A stretch of DNA of 25,625 nucleotides from Candidatus Nanohaloarchaea archaeon (lineage in GTDB: Archaea > Nanohalarchaeota > Nanosalinia > Nanosalinales > Nanosalinaceae), in contig JBDGSJ010000017.1 in assembly GCA_042217585.1 (NCBI GenBank), positions 1 to 25,625 of the forward strand, in the 5' to 3' direction. The number at the start of each line of letters is the position of its first letter. Position 1 is the stretch's first letter. This document shows positions 24,818 to 25,625 of the stretch, one piece after another. The translations under genes and the position numbers were made by a program. The notes below the pieces were generated by a model. That model had not been told where the DNA came from, made no database searches, and worked only from the letters and a program-made list of their open reading frames with translations.

Positions 24818-25453
24818 ATGTCGAGTATAATGGCGAAGTGGGTCCCGTTCGTGGGGGAGGACGGTGTCAACCTCCAGGACCTTGACGAATCCGAACTCAA
24901 AGAGGAAAGGACAAAACTGAAGGCGGACATAGAACTGAAGAGGGACAAGCACGAGGGTCTCGCAGAGGACCGCAGAGCCAAGTTCGAGAGGCTCAAGGAG
25001 GTCGACGACGACCTGATGAAGGAGGAACTTGCCCAGGAGATCGCCACGATCGAGGACGAGATGGCAATATACCACAACGAGCACGCCAAGCTGATGGACG
25101 CCCTCCGCGTGCTGGACGGACTGATAGCGGTCAAGAGGAAGCAGCACCTCATGGAGGACCGCGGCATCGTCAACAAGATCGAGGACATGGACCAGGAGGA
25201 ACTCACGGACAAGCTGAAGAGACAGGACGTCCAGGAGATGATAAGACAGGAGAAATGGGACGACCTCGAGGACCTGTTCCGTGGAGACCTCCGCGCCGGG
25301 CACTCCGGGAACAAGCGGGTCCAGGAGATCATCGACCAGGTCGAGGAAGAGGACGAGAACTCCATCGAGGCGGTGATAGAGCAGAGGGACAAGCGCCACG
25401 CCACGCCGCGAGGCAAAGAGAAGGCTGAAGGCAGACTCCAGGAAGAGGAGTAA
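24818..25453 (+). CDS. All-helical coiled-coil protein, ESCRT-III/Snf7/PspA-like architecture (tentative)
   Basis: Long helical hairpin followed by shorter helices and a charged tail. The start may be the ATG at 24830. Confidence 0.7.
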   Translation: MSSIMAKWVPFVGEDGVNLQDLDESELKEERTKLKADIELKRDKHEGLAEDRRAKFERLKEVDDDLMKEELAQEIATIEDEMAIYHNEHAKLMDALRVLDGLIAVKRKQHLMEDRGIVNKIEDMDQEELTDKLKRQDVQEMIRQEKWDDLEDLFRGDLRAGHSGNKRVQEIIDQVEEEDENSIEAVIEQRDKRHATPRGKEKAEGRLQEEE

Positions 25454-25486
25454 AAAACATTTCCCCCACCTATTTTTTCTGTTCTG

Positions 25487-25625
25487 ATGGCTGAAACACC
25501 CGGATTCTTCGTGCTTGAAGGACTCGACGGCGTCGGCAAGACCACCGTCGGAAAAAGGCTCGCCGAGGTCCTCGACGGCGTCTACATGACCACCTCCATC
25601 CCTGACGACGAGAAATCAAAGCTGA
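25487..25625 (+). CDS. Thymidylate-kinase-like P-loop nucleotide kinase, 5' part (truncated by the window edge)
   Basis: Translates as MAETPGFFVLEGLDGVGKTTVGKRLAEVLDGVYMTTSIPDDEKSKL; absent from the supplied ORF track. Confidence 0.8.
   Translation, partial: MAETPGFFVLEGLDGVGKTTVGKRLAEVLDGVYMTTSIPDDEKSKL

Overview
A gene-dense archaeal chromosomal segment. Acidic cytoplasmic proteins, many leaderless starts with a TATA-like box about 25 bp upstream, very short intergenic gaps and frequent AGG/ATA codons suggest a halophilic DPANN (Nanohaloarchaeota-like) organism; this is inference. The window opens in the 5' end of a minus-strand 16S rRNA gene with its leader and tandem promoters. It then carries an EEP-family hydrolase, glutamate dehydrogenase, tRNA-His(GTG), a box C/D guide sRNA, a secreted CWB2/cupredoxin surface protein, a CbrT-like ECF S component plus DUF4430 protein, a DUF5667-like secreted protein and an alpha-glucan phosphorylase. 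Next come tRNA-Leu(GAG) with partial self-copies on both sides, three adjacent lipoate-ligase-family genes (one lacking the catalytic Lys), a transglutaminase/DUF58/MoxR cluster, PduO, HD and HAD hydrolases, an ESCRT-III-like helical protein and the start of a nucleotide kinase. No transposase, integrase or CRISPR array was seen. All family calls come from motif recognition by eye; no searches were run.
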